Shown here in pieces: positions 36,958 through 46,676 of a stretch of 49,397 nucleotides of DNA; position 1 is the stretch's first letter; each line of letters starts with the position of its first letter. This DNA is from an uncultured archaeon (GTDB taxonomy: Archaea; Asgardarchaeota; Lokiarchaeia; Sigyniarchaeales; SOKP01). The stretch spans positions 1 through 49,397 of the forward strand of contig CAZDTP010000026.1 in NCBI GenBank assembly GCA_964508365.1, in the 5' to 3' direction. Position numbers and translations under genes: made by a program. The notes under the pieces are model-generated. The model saw only the letters and a list, made by a program, of their open reading frames with translations, was not told where the DNA came from and did not search any database.

Positions 36958-38175
36958 ATGAGAGAAATCAAGTGTTTTTATAATAAAAACGCTAGGGATT
37001 CTTTGGTTGAAAAATCGTCTGTTAAGTTTATGTCTAAAGAAATTGTTAATAGAGTTAGAAATTTTCATAAAAAATTTAGTCATTACAAATCTACTCCTCT
37101 TGAATCTTTAGATAACTTGGCCAACAAGTTAAATATCAAAAAAATCTGGATTAAAGACGAATCCTTTAGGTTTGGACTAAATGCATTTAAGGTGTTGGGG
37201 GGGTCATATGCAATTGGAGTTTACCTAAGCCGTAAGCTCGGTATTGACATTAATAAACTGTCATTTGAAAAATTGAAATCACCTGAATACAAAAAGAAAA
37301 TTGGTGATATCACTTTTGTCACTGCTACGGATGGTAATCATGGAAGAGGAGTTGCATGGACTGCTAGAGAATTAAACCAGAACGCTGTAGTTTTTATGCC
37401 TAAAGGTTCTTCGAAAACCAGAGTAGAAAATATTGAGAAGGAAAAAGCAAAGGTTATAGTAACAGACAAATATTACGACGCTACAGTTAAAATAGCAGCA
37501 GAATTTGCCACTAAAAATAACAGTGTATTAATTCAAGATACTTCGTGGGAAGACTATACTGACATTCCAAAATGGATTATGCAGGGGTACGCTACTCTGA
37601 TTGATGAAGTATTAGAGGAGCTAAAAAAAGAAGGGGAATCCGTTCCAACACATGTTATTCTCCAAGCGGGTGTTGGATCATTAGCTGCAGGAATTCAAGC
37701 TTATCTAATGAATAATTTTGGTAGTAAGAGACCCACTACAATTATCATCGAGCCCCACAATGCTGCGTGCCTTTATAAATCGGCACAAATAGGAGATACC
37801 AAACCTCATGCGGTTGGTGGTAGTTTATCTACGATAATGACAGGGTTAGCTTGTGGTAAACCAAGTATAATTGCTTGGGACATACTCAGAGATTACTCTG
37901 ATTTTTTTATCTCGTGCTCAGATAGAATTTCTGAAAATGGTATGAGAATGTTCGCAAAACCTCTGTTGGGCGATCCCAAGATTGTTTCTGGAGAATCGGG
38001 AGCTGTAGGTTTGGGACTACTTATAGAAATACTTAATAATGATCTTTATAACGATCTTAAAGAATCTTTAGGTTTATCAGAGGATAAAATAATTTTAATT
38101 ATTAATACTGAAGGTGATACAGATCCAGATCATTATAGAGAAATAGTGATGGATGGAGACATTTTTACTTTTTAG
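36958..38175 (+). CDS. dpaL: Diaminopropionate ammonia-lyase (PLP fold type II)
   Basis: KDESFRFGLNAFKVLGGSYA, TATDGNHGRGVA, IQDTSW, QAGVGSLA, TIMTGLACG, GESGAVG, NTEGDTDP. Confidence 0.92.
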   Translation: MREIKCFYNKNARDSLVEKSSVKFMSKEIVNRVRNFHKKFSHYKSTPLESLDNLANKLNIKKIWIKDESFRFGLNAFKVLGGSYAIGVYLSRKLGIDINKLSFEKLKSPEYKKKIGDITFVTATDGNHGRGVAWTARELNQNAVVFMPKGSSKTRVENIEKEKAKVIVTDKYYDATVKIAAEFATKNNSVLIQDTSWEDYTDIPKWIMQGYATLIDEVLEELKKEGESVPTHVILQAGVGSLAAGIQAYLMNNFGSKRPTTIIIEPHNAACLYKSAQIGDTKPHAVGGSLSTIMTGLACGKPSIIAWDILRDYSDFFISCSDRISENGMRMFAKPLLGDPKIVSGESGAVGLGLLIEILNNDLYNDLKESLGLSEDKIILIINTEGDTDPDHYREIVMDGDIFTF

Positions 38176-38302
38176 TATTTACTTAACTTTTGTTCTGTTT
38201 ATTTTGGAATTGTATATTTGAAAATTGATAATTTTTTAAACATATAGTATTTTATTAACTTATAACACAAAGATTTATTTTTCACTTATAAAGGTTAGAT
38301 CT

Positions 38303-38551
38303 ATGTCAGCTCAAAATGATGAGACTCGTTTTTGCCCGTATTGTGGAATTAAGTTAAAACATCCTTATTGGGAGCATGTTCAATCAGTTCACGCTGAAAA
38401 ATACGCCCAGAAAGAAACTTGGGTAAAACTTTATCAAGATTATAGAAAACTAGGAATGGACGAGGATATTTCTTTAACAGTTATTTCAGAACTATTTAAT
38501 TCTACAATTGATGAAATAAAATCTTTCTTAAAGAGCAAGAAGGCTCTTTAG
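38303..38551 (+). CDS. Small C2H2-type zinc-finger protein with helical C-terminus
   Basis: C-x2-C-x10-H-x4-H (CPYCGIKLKHPYWEHVQSVH). Confidence 0.75.
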   Translation: MSAQNDETRFCPYCGIKLKHPYWEHVQSVHAEKYAQKETWVKLYQDYRKLGMDEDISLTVISELFNSTIDEIKSFLKSKKAL

Positions 38552-38633
38552 TTTTAAATTTCTTATTAGAGTTTCGATACAATAAAAATGAATATAAAAA
38601 TAGTTATATTTCCTTAATTTTAACTTAATAAAA

Positions 38634-38927
38634 TTAGAAATCTTCTTCGTCCTCTTCTAAGAGACCCGCTTGTTTTAATAAATCCTCAACGCTATCTCGC
38701 ATTTTCATTACTTGGTCGTTTTCTGTGAGCTTAAGGTTGTCGAGAACTGAATCCGAGAATTCCATAAATTTTTTAATTGACTGAGAAGAAAAGTCTTTGA
38801 TTTTTTCTGAAGTATCCTCAATGAAATCTTTCCCACTTTCTCCAAAGGCATTGCCAACGAAATCTATAAATGAGCTATTTAATTTATCCAATATATTTTC
38901 TTTTTTTCCGTTTCTTTCTTCACTCAT
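38634..38927 (-). CDS. Hypothetical acidic amphipathic-helical protein
   Basis: Clean 97-aa ORF with AGAAGG-like upstream purines; no family recognised. Confidence 0.65.
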   Translation of the reverse strand: MSEERNGKKENILDKLNSSFIDFVGNAFGESGKDFIEDTSEKIKDFSSQSIKKFMEFSDSVLDNLKLTENDQVMKMRDSVEDLLKQAGLLEEDEEDF

Positions 38928-39088
38928 AGTTTTTTACCTTCTATTTTTTTGATTCAAATTAATTTTTCTTTTAATTAATGATTATGCTTTATTTAATTTT
39001 TTCAAACTCTTATAGATATAGGTTATATTTTAAACAAGAAATGAAATCCTTTTTATTTAGAGACTCTCATATTCTATCAAAAATAAAA

Positions 39089-39415
39089 TCAGAAATCAAT
39101 ATCTTGACCAATTCCTTCTTCGAGGGCTCTGTCATAAACTAATTTTCCGACTGCTACGTCTTGCGCACTAATTCCAACAGATTTAAATACAGTAATTTCT
39201 GATTCAGAAGTACGGCTATGTTCCTTTCCAGTTATAACGTCTCCTATTGAAATAATATCGTCTTCAGAAATAATTCCTTCATAAATCGGAATTATAAAAT
39301 CACCTGCTTCAGCTAAACAAGCCTCCTTTAATCCAGCTACGAGTAATGATGCTCTTTTAATTGTTGTTGAATCTAATTCCCGAGCATCCGGGGCATGGGC
39401 ACCAATAGAAGAAAT
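39089..39415 (-). pseudogene. C-terminal remnant of an ornithine cyclodeaminase / mu-crystallin / archaeal alanine dehydrogenase family gene
   Basis: Hand translation: ISSIGAHAPDARELD...ACLAEAGDFI...IGDVITGK...ITVFKSVGISAQDVAVGKLVY...IDF*. An in-frame TAA lies 7 codons upstream with no ATG/GTG/TTG in between. Confidence 0.85.
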
Positions 39416-39603
39416 TAACGAAATTGCTAATAATTATGGAAAGCGGTTTATTGATCTAAATTGCTTAGGTTTGTTTAATAATTGCCTTTAAAAAAAAGAG
39501 GTAATCTATGTCCATAAATGTCAAAATTAAGCTTTATTAAGGAATTAAACATAATTAATAATACAAATCTAATTATGCAAAAAACAATAAAGGAAAAAAT
39601 AAT

Positions 39604-42600
39604 ATGAAATCGACAGATAAGCGTTATCTTATTACAATTTTGATATTTTCATTGTTGATGATTTTTAATTTTACTTTTCCCAAAATCTTTTACTCTTCAG
39701 AAGTTACATTCAACGGGGAATCACTAGATTCAGAGATCAATAAAACCCTAAAATCTTCTGTTGCGAGTGATTGGCAAGAGGATGGTGTTCCCGTGTGTAC
39801 AGAATTGGAAACCCAAAGCAGCGTTGTGTTGTGTAGTGATGAAGAAGGAGGTACCATATTAGCATGGGAAGATTCAAGAGTTAGTGGACCAGGTATTTAT
39901 GCCCAAAAGCTCAATTCTACAGGAAACTTTTTATGGGGTCCTAATGGTACAGCAATCTGTACAGCAGATGAATACCAAGGACGGATTCAAGTTTGTAATG
40001 ACGGAGCTGGAGGAGCAATCATTACATGGCAAGATCAACGTGATGAAGGTTCTCCTTATGGGGATATTTACGCACAACGAATTAACTCCACGGGAGATGT
40101 TCAATGGGATATTAATGGTGTGCCTATATGTACAGAAATTGATACTCAGTATTACCCTAGGATTATAAGTAATAATATGGGTGGTGCGATTATTACATGG
40201 CAAGATAGAAGGGACGGGAATTATGATATTTATGCTCAGAGAATCGATTCCTCCGGAAATTCATTATGGAGCGCTAATGGTACTGCAATTTGTACAGAAG
40301 CAGGGAGTCAAGATACTGCTTATATGTGTAGTGATGCTGCTGGCGGCGCAATAATTGCTTGGAGTGATGAAAGAATATGGTCAAATTATGAGGTTTACGC
40401 TCAACGAATTAACTCCACGGGAGATGTTCAATGGGGTACTAATGGTACACTGATTACTACAGAAACAAATGATCAAATATTTAAAGGAATTAGTGTTGAT
40501 GGAACTGGGGGGACATTTTTAGCGATTGAAGATGATGGTGATTTCTATGTTAAGCGCATAAACTCAACTGGTGGTTTGGAATGGGGGGGAAATTGGACTC
40601 CTATATGTACCGATAGTGGTTCAAACCAAGATTTTAAAATTTCGAGTGATAATAATAGAGGTGCGATTATGGTCTGGAGCGATGCAAAACTGGGCTATAA
40701 TGCTTATAATATATATGCACAAATGGTAAATTCTACAGGAGATATTCAATGGGAGATTAATGGAAAATTAATTTGTAATGCAATAAGAGATCAACGTGGA
40801 CCAGAAGTCTGCCACGATGGTAATGGAGGGGCGATTATTACGTGGAATGATGAAAGAAACGATCCAACCGAGAGTGACATTTTTGATATATATTATCAAG
40901 TAATTACTAAAGAGGGAAAAAGCTTATTAGAAGCTAATGGCTCAGCCGTATGTTTAGCAATTGATCGACAATATAATCCAAAGATCATAAGCGATGGTGA
41001 GGGAGGGGCCTTTATTGCTTGGCAAGATCAAAGAAATGCCGTTATTACGGAAACGGACATTTATATGCAACACCTAAATGGATTTGATATTCCTATTTGT
41101 GTCTCTCACGCATCCGATCCCTTTGAAATTCAAATATGTAGTGATGAAAATAACGGCGCGATTATCGCCTGGAGAGGAGACACTAGCGGGCTTGGAAGGA
41201 CGATTTTTGCTCAGAGAATTGATTATGAGGGTAAACTCATGTGGTCTAAAAATGGCGTTGCGTTAGCAACAGGTAGTAATCATAAAGATTATCTACAAAT
41301 ATGCAGCGATGGCAACGGAGGTGCGATCGTCACTTGGGAAGATTATAGGAGCGGGGAGGGGGATATTTATGCTCAAAGGATTGACGCAAGCGGAAATATA
41401 AAATGGCTTATAAATGGATTAGGTATAAGTAACTATACAAATATACAAAAACGACCTCAAATATGTAGCGATGGGAGTGGAGGTGCCATAATTGCATGGT
41501 GGGATAATAGGACTGGGAATTGGGATATTTATGCTCAACGTGTTAATGCAGATGGAACCATGCTTTGGATGCTTAACGGTACAGAAATAAGCACAGAAGA
41601 TGACATGCAAATAGAAATAAGTATTGTGAGTGACATGAATCATGGAGCGATAATTACTTGGAGCGATTACAGATATGGTGGTGAGGACGTGTTTGGTCAG
41701 CGTATTGATGCAACTGGAAATACTTTATGGACGCCTAATGGTACAGGAATATGTACTTACACAGGATCTCAAATATTACCACATACAATCAGTGATGGCA
41801 CAGGAGGTGCTATAATTACCTGGAGAGATAGGCGGAATTTTAATTACGATATTTACGGGCAACGAATTAATTCCACAGGAGATTTTCAATGGAACCCTGA
41901 TGGAATTCCTGTATGTATAAAACCAGACACTCAAATACCAACCAAAATATGTACTGATGGAAACGAGGGGGCAATCGTAATATGGGGGGAAGATACTGGA
42001 GTACCGACCGGAGAAGATGTTTTTGCCCAGCGAATTAACGCAACTGGAGATAATGTATGGGATTCTAACGGTAATATCATATGCAATGCTTCTGGTGATC
42101 AAATGTTTCCGGATATTTGTGAAGATGGCAACGGAGGAGCTATCATTACTTGGCAGGATTCTAGAGGCTTAAATAATGATATTTATGCTCAGCGAGTAGA
42201 TTCAGAGGGCATTATACAATGGAAGGAAAACGGTATAGCTTTATGTACCGCTATGGATGATCAACGAACTCCACATATAGTTAGTAATGGAGATGGTGGG
42301 GCAATCCTGGCTTGGCAAGATGAAAGGTATCTGATCAGTAACGATGATATTTATGCGGGAATTATATATAATAAAAAACCATCTTCGAGCAATCCTGGAG
42401 ACATAATTACTTCTGAAATAGGTGATGAAACAATAGATTGGGTTCTTCATGATGACGATGGTAAAGGTGGTCAATATCAAGTTATAGCAGAGAATATCCT
42501 AGGTCATTATTATACTTGGATTGATTGGACTCCATGGACTTCTGATAATTCCATTATTATCCCAATAAATCGATCTGCTACCGGCACTTTCAATTATACA

Positions 42601-43656
42601 ATAAGATACTCTGATGATCAGAATAAATCTGGAATCGAAGATACTGTTATCGTTTCAATCAAGCCAATACCAGGAGATATTTTATTAAGTAGTGATGCAG
42701 GAATTCCTGATGATGATGGTATATTTACCTTAACCTGGAATGAATCACATAGTTCAAAAAATTTCACTATATATGAATATCATAGCTACATTTCTGAAAT
42801 AAATGGATCACTAATTTCTCTACTGGAAGGTACAACATCTCTCTCACTTCCACGTTCTGGTTATATCGATGGTACTTATTATTTTATTGTAGTTGCTTAC
42901 AACGATTATGGGAATAAATCATCCAACTGTCTACGCGTGGATGTCTTATTCCCAAATCCTCCGGGACCACTTACATTATCAGCTATAGATACTATTCCCA
43001 ACGATGGAAACTTTACTCTCGTATGGGATGTGTCTGATCGAGCAGACAATTACTCGGTATATGAACATTCGAGTTATATTACAGGAATCAATGGAAGTTT
43101 AACAATCCTAGCTACTGAAATTTCGATTTTAAGTTTACATTTAGGGGATTATACAAATGGAACTTATTATTTCATAATTGAAGCAAAGAATATTAATGGA
43201 ACTACTCTTTCGAATTGTTTAACTATTGTTATTAGCATTCCACCACCAGGACCACCAGGTTCATTTACATTGTCTTCAAATGCAGGAACTCCTGATAATG
43301 ATGGAAACTTTACTCTCGTATGGGAAGGTTCTAATCAAGCAAATAATTACTCTGTATATGAATATTCAAGTTTTATTACTGAAATTAATGGAAGTTTAAC
43401 CCTCTTGGAAGGAGATCTGAATATTCTAACTCATTCTTTGAGTAGTTATGCTGATGGAACGTATTACTTCATTATAGTGGCACATAATGATTATGGAGAT
43501 ACATTATCAAATTGTATAGAAATTATCGTTCAAATTCCCCCGCCTAACGGTTCTACAAATCCAGTAATTCCGGGATATAATGTTCTTTATTTCATAGTGG
43601 CTTTAAGCCTTGGTATTTATTTCATACTGAAAAAGAGATTAAAAAGAATTAAATAA
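39604..43656 (+). CDS. Large cell-surface protein: signal peptide, 16 beta-propeller-like repeats, an Ig-like domain, three Fn3-like modules and an IPGY-TM-basic C-terminal anchor (Loki-CTERM-like)
   Basis: Repeat consensus W..NG..IC....Q....I.SDG.GGAII.W.D.R....DIYAQRI...G; C-terminus IPGYNVLYFIVALSLGIYFILKKRLKRIK; many NxS/T sequons. Confidence 0.9.
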   Translation: MKSTDKRYLITILIFSLLMIFNFTFPKIFYSSEVTFNGESLDSEINKTLKSSVASDWQEDGVPVCTELETQSSVVLCSDEEGGTILAWEDSRVSGPGIYAQKLNSTGNFLWGPNGTAICTADEYQGRIQVCNDGAGGAIITWQDQRDEGSPYGDIYAQRINSTGDVQWDINGVPICTEIDTQYYPRIISNNMGGAIITWQDRRDGNYDIYAQRIDSSGNSLWSANGTAICTEAGSQDTAYMCSDAAGGAIIAWSDERIWSNYEVYAQRINSTGDVQWGTNGTLITTETNDQIFKGISVDGTGGTFLAIEDDGDFYVKRINSTGGLEWGGNWTPICTDSGSNQDFKISSDNNRGAIMVWSDAKLGYNAYNIYAQMVNSTGDIQWEINGKLICNAIRDQRGPEVCHDGNGGAIITWNDERNDPTESDIFDIYYQVITKEGKSLLEANGSAVCLAIDRQYNPKIISDGEGGAFIAWQDQRNAVITETDIYMQHLNGFDIPICVSHASDPFEIQICSDENNGAIIAWRGDTSGLGRTIFAQRIDYEGKLMWSKNGVALATGSNHKDYLQICSDGNGGAIVTWEDYRSGEGDIYAQRIDASGNIKWLINGLGISNYTNIQKRPQICSDGSGGAIIAWWDNRTGNWDIYAQRVNADGTMLWMLNGTEISTEDDMQIEISIVSDMNHGAIITWSDYRYGGEDVFGQRIDATGNTLWTPNGTGICTYTGSQILPHTISDGTGGAIITWRDRRNFNYDIYGQRINSTGDFQWNPDGIPVCIKPDTQIPTKICTDGNEGAIVIWGEDTGVPTGEDVFAQRINATGDNVWDSNGNIICNASGDQMFPDICEDGNGGAIITWQDSRGLNNDIYAQRVDSEGIIQWKENGIALCTAMDDQRTPHIVSNGDGGAILAWQDERYLISNDDIYAGIIYNKKPSSSNPGDIITSEIGDETIDWVLHDDDGKGGQYQVIAENILGHYYTWIDWTPWTSDNSIIIPINRSATGTFNYTIRYSDDQNKSGIEDTVIVSIKPIPGDILLSSDAGIPDDDGIFTLTWNESHSSKNFTIYEYHSYISEINGSLISLLEGTTSLSLPRSGYIDGTYYFIVVAYNDYGNKSSNCLRVDVLFPNPPGPLTLSAIDTIPNDGNFTLVWDVSDRADNYSVYEHSSYITGINGSLTILATEISILSLHLGDYTNGTYYFIIEAKNINGTTLSNCLTIVISIPPPGPPGSFTLSSNAGTPDNDGNFTLVWEGSNQANNYSVYEYSSFITEINGSLTLLEGDLNILTHSLSSYADGTYYFIIVAHNDYGDTLSNCIEIIVQIPPPNGSTNPVIPGYNVLYFIVALSLGIYFILKKRLKRIK

Positions 43657-43769
43657 ATTCAACTTTTTTTTATTACTTTTTTTATTATTTATCAACTAAA
43701 ATACAAAATCTAAATTTATATATTTAAATATTAAAAGAATCAAATATTTTTTGTTATAAGTGAAGATTT

Positions 43770-45251
43770 ATGAGTAGAGATCATTTCCTCCATGGATTTT
43801 TAAATCCTAAAAGTGTCGCTTTTTATGGTGCTAATAATAAAGGAGGTTCTTTAGCAGCAATTCAAATCATGAACCTAATAAAATCCGAATATTCCGGAAA
43901 TGTCTACCCGATCCATCCTAAATTAGAGACAGTTATGGGTTTTAAAACTTATAAAACCATCTCAAATGTTCCTGAGATTCCTGATCTTGTTGTTATTGTG
44001 TTAACAGCCAAAATCGTTCCTCAAGTGTTTAAAGAATGTGGGGAAAAAGGCGTGGATAAGATCATATTAATCTCTGGGGGCTTTCGCGAATTATCCGGCG
44101 ACCGCAAAAACACTCTCACAGAAGAAATTAACGAAATTGCTAAGAAGTATGGGATACGATTTATTGGTCCAAATTGTTTGGGCGTCTTTAATAATTGGTT
44201 TGAGAAGACTAACAGCAACAGTGCGTTTAATATAGCTATATGGGAACATTTGAAAAAAGGAAATTTTTCTATTGCGTCTCAGAGTGGAACGCTTTCTTCA
44301 CACATCTGGTTTGATCCAGAAAATTTAGATTTAGGATTAAGCAAGTCCTTATCCGTTGGAAATGAAGCAAATATTGACATCGTAGATTGTTTGGAATACT
44401 ATAAAGATGACGAAGAAACAGAAGTTATAGGGCTTTACATCGAAGAGTTAAAACGTGGAAAGAGATTTTTAGAATTGGCAAGAGAGATAACCCCTAAAAA
44501 ACCGATTATCGCGATTTATGTTGGGGGTTCTCAAGGAGGCAATAGAGCCTTACAAAGCCATACTGGGTCACTCGCAGGCGACTCAAAAATGTACAACGCC
44601 GTATTTAAAGAAACGGGCGTTATCAAAACGGATTATGTTCAAGAATTCTTGGATATTGCTTTAATCCTGTCAAATAAAATTTTACCTAAAGGAAATCGAA
44701 TAGGAATTATTACAAATTCAGGAGGACCAGGAGCTATGATTGCCAATAATGCAGAAAAACATGGACTTGATGTTCCTGAATTTTCTGAATCGCTCCAAAA
44801 GGAATTGAAAACGATCCTACCCACGACTGCTGGTTTTAATAATCCTGTCGATTGTACGTTCGATATGAACCTTCCGTATTTTTATATATATCTCCCTGAA
44901 ATTTTAATGAAGTCGGGTGAAATTGATGCTATTTTTCAGTATGGAGTTGTTGGGTTTCAGGATGTAATGAATGATTATTTACTGAACGAAAAGATTGCAA
45001 AATGGGCAGAATTTGAGAATCCATCCGAGGAACAAATGGATAAATTAGCTGAAAAATTACTGAAGCCAACTATGAAAAATAGTCGAGAATATTCCGTACC
45101 GATCTTCTATATCAATCCTATGAGTTTTACGAGCCCTTGGTCAAAGAGACTAAGAAGAAACGGAGCGTTGCTTTTTAAACTGTGGGATCGACCCGTAAAC
45201 GCCCTAGCTAAAGTCTGTGAATATATTAAATACAAACAAAAACAGGAATAG
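43770..45251 (+). CDS. acdA: ADP-forming acetate/acyl-CoA ligase, alpha subunit
   Basis: CoA-binding domain LNPKSVAFYGA, IGPNCLG, SQSG, VGNEA, phospho-His SHTGSLAG, ITNSGGPG, NPVD. Confidence 0.9.
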   Translation: MSRDHFLHGFLNPKSVAFYGANNKGGSLAAIQIMNLIKSEYSGNVYPIHPKLETVMGFKTYKTISNVPEIPDLVVIVLTAKIVPQVFKECGEKGVDKIILISGGFRELSGDRKNTLTEEINEIAKKYGIRFIGPNCLGVFNNWFEKTNSNSAFNIAIWEHLKKGNFSIASQSGTLSSHIWFDPENLDLGLSKSLSVGNEANIDIVDCLEYYKDDEETEVIGLYIEELKRGKRFLELAREITPKKPIIAIYVGGSQGGNRALQSHTGSLAGDSKMYNAVFKETGVIKTDYVQEFLDIALILSNKILPKGNRIGIITNSGGPGAMIANNAEKHGLDVPEFSESLQKELKTILPTTAGFNNPVDCTFDMNLPYFYIYLPEILMKSGEIDAIFQYGVVGFQDVMNDYLLNEKIAKWAEFENPSEEQMDKLAEKLLKPTMKNSREYSVPIFYINPMSFTSPWSKRLRRNGALLFKLWDRPVNALAKVCEYIKYKQKQE

Positions 45252-46499
45252 TTAAAATATTTTTTTTGAGATAGAGAGTGCACAGTGTTTACCACACATA
45301 GTACAAATTTCTTCATCAGTTAGATGTCTCTTTTTTGGTTCATCAGGGTCTATACAATATTTAAATTGCTCTTTCCAGTTTTTTAAATACCGGTTCATAG
45401 AAAGCTCCAAATCGTCGTTAAAAAGGTGATTCAAACCAAATTTCATAGAATCTCCTACGTGAGCTGCTATTTTGCAAGCAATTAATCCATTCTTGATATC
45501 TTCAAGTGTAGGTAAACAAAGATGCTCTGCAGGTGTTATCGCACAAATATAATCTGCGCCAAACCCAGATGCAAATGCACCACCGATAGCAGCAGCAATA
45601 TGATCGTGCCCTGTAGCCGTGTCAATCGGAAGTGGTCCTGATACGAAAAGCGGTCTATTATTGGTTATCTTCTTATGTAGTTTTACCCATTTGATTATAT
45701 TTTTTGCGGTTATATGACCTCCCAAGCTTTCTAAAATCACCTGAATTCCGAATTTATTTGCCATTTTTGCTAATCTGTTATTCGTCTTTATTTCAGAAAG
45801 CTGAAATTCATCAACTTCATCGTGAATGCAACCACTTCTTAAAGCGTTTCCTAAATTTAATACTACATCGTATTCTCTAATTAATTCGAGAAGTTTCTCA
45901 AAATTCTGTAGAAAAGGATTTTCGATTTCGTTAGATTTCATATAAGAAGCAGTCAAGCTTCCTCCTTTTGAAACCATTTTCATTATTCTTTTTCCTTTCA
46001 TAGTGTTTAATGTGTCAAGAGTAAACCCAGAATGTAAGACTATCGAACTTACTCCATCTTTGAGTTGTTTTTCTACTACTTTAAAGATCAAATCTTCTGT
46101 TATTCCCGATACATGTTCTGCTTCAATTACTACTTGATAGATTGGGACAGTCGTTATTGGAACGCTTGAAATTTCCATTATTTTCTTCCTAATTTCATCA
46201 ATTTCTCCGCCCATTGAAAGATCTGAAATGGTATCAGCGCCATATTTCTGTGCTATATCTACCTTTTGATATTCTTCATCTAGGTTTATAGCTGAAGAAG
46301 ATGTTCCAAGATTAACATTAATTTTAGTTCTCAAAGGATAACCTATACCCACAGGTTGGTAATTATCTCTTTTCATTATAACTACTTCTCCTTTTAAGAT
46401 ATTTTTCATTAACTTTTTAACATCAATTCTTTCTTTTTCAGCAATCTGGTGCATTTCTTTAGTGATATTGCTGCTTGAAGCATCTTCTAAAATAGTCAT
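45252..46499 (-). CDS. Divergent ThiC-family radical-SAM enzyme (second paralog; ThiC or BzaA/B/F-like)
   Basis: KINVNLGTS, DTISDLS, GPLPIDTATGHDH, TPAEHLCLP and CTMCGKHC retained, but SRGG becomes SKGG and EGPGH becomes ESLGGH. Confidence 0.85.
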   Translation of the reverse strand: MTILEDASSSNITKEMHQIAEKERIDVKKLMKNILKGEVVIMKRDNYQPVGIGYPLRTKINVNLGTSSSAINLDEEYQKVDIAQKYGADTISDLSMGGEIDEIRKKIMEISSVPITTVPIYQVVIEAEHVSGITEDLIFKVVEKQLKDGVSSIVLHSGFTLDTLNTMKGKRIMKMVSKGGSLTASYMKSNEIENPFLQNFEKLLELIREYDVVLNLGNALRSGCIHDEVDEFQLSEIKTNNRLAKMANKFGIQVILESLGGHITAKNIIKWVKLHKKITNNRPLFVSGPLPIDTATGHDHIAAAIGGAFASGFGADYICAITPAEHLCLPTLEDIKNGLIACKIAAHVGDSMKFGLNHLFNDDLELSMNRYLKNWKEQFKYCIDPDEPKKRHLTDEEICTMCGKHCALSISKKIF

Positions 46500-46676
46500 T
46501 GTATAAGAAAATTATTCATATAATTGGTATAGGAGTAATAATGGAGAAGATCAATTATATTTTACTTTTGCTTAAAAAGAGGTAAAGAGTCTTTTTGATG
46601 AAATATATCCTAATCTTAAGAAAATTCTATAGAATATAGAGATATCCTTTAAATTTATTCAATTAAAACTAATCGT

